Source: Nitrososphaerota archaeon (lineage in GTDB: Archaea; Thermoproteota; Nitrososphaeria; Nitrososphaerales; UBA57). From it: a stretch of DNA of 16,142 bases. The notes beneath the pieces were generated by a model. It was given only the letters and a program-made list of their open reading frames with translations. It was not told the origin of the DNA and did no database searches. The position numbers were made by a program, and so were the translations under genes. Within the stretch, counting starts at the first letter, position 1. Every line of letters begins with the position of its first letter. The stretch covers positions 8,437-24,578 of the forward strand of contig PAVW01000004.1 of NCBI GenBank assembly GCA_002713205.1. The letters run 5' to 3'. Below, piece by piece: positions 14,106 through 16,142 of the stretch.

Positions 14106-14444
14106 ATGAATTTTAAAATGGATAATCGTCAAACCCGTAGAATGCTCGAAAAAATGGGCATGAATCTAGAAGAATTACCAAACGTTGAAGAAGTTATAAT
14201 AAAAACAAAAGAAAGAGATTTAATAATAAAAGAACCACAAGTATCACAAATAAAAAGCAAAGCAATGAACATGTTTCAAATAATTGGAAATGATACTGAA
14301 GAAATAGAAAAAGAAATCCCATCATATAAAGAAGAAGATATATTACTAGTGTCACAACAAGCTAATGTATCTCCGGAGGAAGCACAAAAAGCATTAGAAG
14401 AAACAAATGGAGATCTTGCTCAAGCTATTTTAAAACTCAAATAA
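14106..14444 (+). CDS. nac: Nascent polypeptide-associated complex protein (archaeal NAC, NAC + UBA domains).
   Basis: RQTRRMLEKMGMNLEELPNVEEVIIKTKERDLIIKEPQVSQIK..FQIIG forms the NAC domain. The C-terminal EEDILLVSQQANVSPEEAQKALEETNGDLAQAILKL forms the UBA domain. The true start may be the second ATG at 14118. Confidence 0.9.
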   Translation: MNFKMDNRQTRRMLEKMGMNLEELPNVEEVIIKTKERDLIIKEPQVSQIKSKAMNMFQIIGNDTEEIEKEIPSYKEEDILLVSQQANVSPEEAQKALEETNGDLAQAILKLK

Positions 14445-14481
14445 TAGAAATAAATACAATATATAGGAGTAATTATAATCA

Positions 14482-14814
14482 ATGTCAAATAAACAATCTG
14501 AAATTAAAAACATAATTAATTCATTATCAGATTTTGAAAAAGAACTTGAGAATATAAAAAATCAAGCAATTGTAAAAAAATCTGAATTAATTAAAATTAC
14601 AAAAACAAACTCTGAAAAAATAAAAAATGAAATAATTCAAGAAACAAATACAACAAAAAATGACAATATTAAAAAAATTGTTAAAGAAAATAAAAGTAAA
14701 GCGAATGATATTATCAAAACTGGAGATAATGAAAGCAAAAAACTACAAACCAAAATTGATTCAAAATTTGATACTGTTGTGAAACTAGTAATTAAAAGAA
14801 TACTAGAGGTGTAA
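14482..14814 (+). CDS. Probable A/V-type ATP synthase peripheral-stalk subunit (H/G-like coiled-coil protein).
   Basis: The 110-aa protein is almost entirely predicted helical and charged (K/E/N-rich). It lies 9 nt upstream of the subunit C gene on the same strand. Its size and position fit AtpH, and it is too short for subunit E. The assignment rests on context, not on a strong motif. Confidence 0.5.
   Translation: MSNKQSEIKNIINSLSDFEKELENIKNQAIVKKSELIKITKTNSEKIKNEIIQETNTTKNDNIKKIVKENKSKANDIIKTGDNESKKLQTKIDSKFDTVVKLVIKRILEV
14806..14811 (+). promoter_or_regulatory. Shine-Dalgarno-like GAGGTG for atpC.
   Basis: GAGGTG is complementary to the conserved CACCUC near the 3' end of 16S rRNA. It lies 12 nt before the atpC ATG (14824), inside the last codons of the upstream gene. 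A weaker AGGAG (14465-14469) sits at the same 12-nt spacing before the upstream gene's ATG (14482). Confidence 0.4.
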
Positions 14815-14822
14815 TTTTTTTT
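14815..14822 (+). terminator. T8 tract in the 9-nt spacer between the H-like gene and atpC (possible partial or attenuating terminator).
   Basis: The sequence reads TAA TTTTTTTT A ATG, with T8 directly following the stop codon 14812-14814. T-runs are frequent in this AT-rich genome, so specificity is low. Confidence 0.25.
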
Positions 14823-14823
14823 A

Positions 14824-15900
14824 ATGAATAGTATTCTAGAAGATAGAACTTATGCTTCTGTAAAAGCATATGCATTAAAAGGAACATTGATAGACCAAGC
14901 AACTTATACATCATTAGCCGAATCGAAATCAATTGATGAATTAATAATAAAATTGAAAACAACTGCTTATAATGAATTTGTTTCAAAAGTAGATGAACCA
15001 TATACAAGTAAAAAAATTGAACATGCAGTAAAAGAACATGTATCAAAATTACATTTTGACTTGATGAAAGTATCACCAGCAAATAAAATTTTGTCTAATT
15101 ATTTCTTGAAATATATCATTGCAAATCTAAAAATAGTATTAAAAGGTAAAGCACTGAATAAATCATATGAGGAACTTAAAGATTATTTAGATTTATATTC
15201 AGAAGAACTAATTGGACGACGAGATTTAATCACCAGAGCACTCACAGCAGATAATATTGAAGATTCTATAAATACACTAAACGGAACAGAATTTTTTAAA
15301 GATATAGAAAGAGCAATGCAAATTTATAAAGAAAATCCTAAAATTGATATTTTTGATATTTATTTAGATAGATCATTTTATTCGGCATTATCAAAAACCT
15401 ATGCGGAACTAAATACAAGTTTAATGCCTATTGGTTCTACGCCTAAAGTAAGAAAGTTTCGTCAAATAATTGCATACTATGTAGATTCATATAATATTTT
15501 ATCAGTACTTCGTGCCAAATTATGGAAATTAGAAAATGAAGAAATCAAGAAAATATTAATTGAACCGACATTTGACATATCTGTAACAACATTAAAAAAA
15601 ATCATAGCATCAGATAGTATTGAAGAAGGAATAAAAATATTAGAAAACACATCCTATAATAAATTAATACCAACATCATTTACAAATGAGGGAGAAGTCA
15701 TCTCACAATTAGAAAACAATATCAAGAAACATGAATTTATAAAATTTAAGAAAACATTCTATTGGAATTCTTTTGGCGAAATAGTATCTCTTTCAATAAT
15801 TAAACTTAAAGAATTTGAAGCGAATAATGTAGCTTCAATAGCTTTTGGAATTGAAAATAAAATTGAACCAAAAGTGTTAATGTCAAATATTATAGTGTAA
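14824..15900 (+). CDS. atpC: A/V-type ATP synthase subunit C (homolog of eukaryotic V0 subunit d).
   Basis: The protein is 358 aa, all-helical and repeat-like. Its N-terminus YASVKAYALKGTLIDQATYTSLAESKSIDELIIKLKTTAY follows the subunit C pattern (Y..aR.ra....ll....y..L....s..e....L..t.Y). A GAGGTG Shine-Dalgarno-like site lies 12 nt upstream. Confidence 0.8.
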   Translation: MNSILEDRTYASVKAYALKGTLIDQATYTSLAESKSIDELIIKLKTTAYNEFVSKVDEPYTSKKIEHAVKEHVSKLHFDLMKVSPANKILSNYFLKYIIANLKIVLKGKALNKSYEELKDYLDLYSEELIGRRDLITRALTADNIEDSINTLNGTEFFKDIERAMQIYKENPKIDIFDIYLDRSFYSALSKTYAELNTSLMPIGSTPKVRKFRQIIAYYVDSYNILSVLRAKLWKLENEEIKKILIEPTFDISVTTLKKIIASDSIEEGIKILENTSYNKLIPTSFTNEGEVISQLENNIKKHEFIKFKKTFYWNSFGEIVSLSIIKLKEFEANNVASIAFGIENKIEPKVLMSNIIV

Positions 15901-15905
15901 AAATA

Positions 15906-16142
15906 TTAATCTTTCCAAATTAATTTTGTGCGAATTAATTTAGGTATCAATACTTGAAAAGAATTACCAGAACCTGCGAAAAATTTAGTAAACCATTCAT
16001 AAAGATGAAGCCTGAGACTTTGAATATAAACTATCATCCCCTCCAATACAAGAACTAAAATATTAAGTAAAATAACTAAAGGTATAGCTAAAAATAAAGG
16101 AAAGCCCCAAACTAAGTTAACAACAATCAATAATGAAGAATG
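15906..16142 (-). CDS. atpI: A/V-type ATP synthase subunit I (a-subunit), C-terminal end only. The gene continues beyond the window.
   Basis: The reading frame stays open to nt 16142, so the TTG at 16130 in the track is not the real start. The C-terminal LEGMIVYIQSLRLHLYEWFTKFFAGSGNSF matches the conserved subunit a/I ending EG.sa.lh.lRLh.vEf..KFy.G.G..F. Confidence 0.85.
   Translation of the reverse strand, partial: HSSLLIVVNLVWGFPLFLAIPLVILLNILVLVLEGMIVYIQSLRLHLYEWFTKFFAGSGNSFQVLIPKLIRTKLIWKD

Noticed and set aside
1291-15082. Other short ORFs in the track that overlap strong genes on the opposite strand: 1291-1479, 4910-5128, 7405-7653, 8423-8629, 10400-10585, 11158-11376, 12663-12902, 13770-13955 and 14792-15082.
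   Set aside because: All are fully embedded antisense to genes with clear family signatures. They have atypical composition (L/F/Y/H-rich or low complexity) and no family resemblance, so I consider them shadow ORFs.
1-16142. A search of the spacers for tRNA, C/D-box sRNA, CRISPR repeats or other RNA genes.
   Set aside because: The longest non-coding stretch is 83 nt (13515-13597). No spacer shows cloverleaf-type complementarity, RUGAUGA...CUGA box pairs or regularly spaced repeats.
1-16142. A search for a defence island, mobile element or toxin-antitoxin system.
   Set aside because: No integrase, transposase, nuclease-helicase, Cas, restriction-modification or small paired toxin/antitoxin ORFs are present. 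There are no terminal inverted repeats or flanking tRNA. Apart from three small orphan ORFs, every gene has a recognisable enzymatic, translation-related or bioenergetic family.

Overview
The window is a very AT-rich, compact archaeal chromosomal segment. By my coordinates only about 500 nt of 16.1 kb is non-coding, and the largest spacer is 83 nt. I call 20 protein-coding genes, two of them cut by the window edges. Left to right they are: thiL (partial), a small membrane protein, a secreted LpqC/PHB-depolymerase-family esterase, a DUF861-type cupin, a membrane-anchored HtrA protease, gatD, gatE, guaA, a small coiled-coil/Cys-His protein, an isocitrate-dehydrogenase-like enzyme, an SdhA-type flavoprotein, a 103-aa orphan, a LeuB-like dehydrogenase, aTrm56, a PUA-domain protein, NAC, and three A/V-type ATPase genes (H-like, C, and the partial 3' end of I). 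The archaeal origin is supported by gatDE, aTrm56, NAC and the A-type ATPase. The AT richness, streamlining and gene mix resemble a free-living marine archaeon such as a Nitrosopumilales-type thaumarchaeon, but that cannot be established without a database search. I found no rRNA, tRNA, CRISPR array, transposase, integrase or recognisable defence or toxin genes, and no spacer is long enough to hide one. I do not see a convincing novel multi-gene system here. The most unusual element is the HtrA protease, which carries an uninterrupted collagen-like (Gly-X-Y)x14 stalk encoded by near-perfect tandem DNA repeats. Secondary curiosities: (1) all four convergent gene junctions have a spacer of 5 nt or less or overlap, and at one junction oligo-T terminator candidates lie inside the partner gene's Lys-rich tail; (2) two small orphan proteins overlap the start of a downstream enzyme gene by 8 nt; (3) the sdhA-type gene has no sdhBCD neighbours; (4) the ICDH-like paralog has substitutions at normally conserved positions; (5) the ATPase genes are split across strands.
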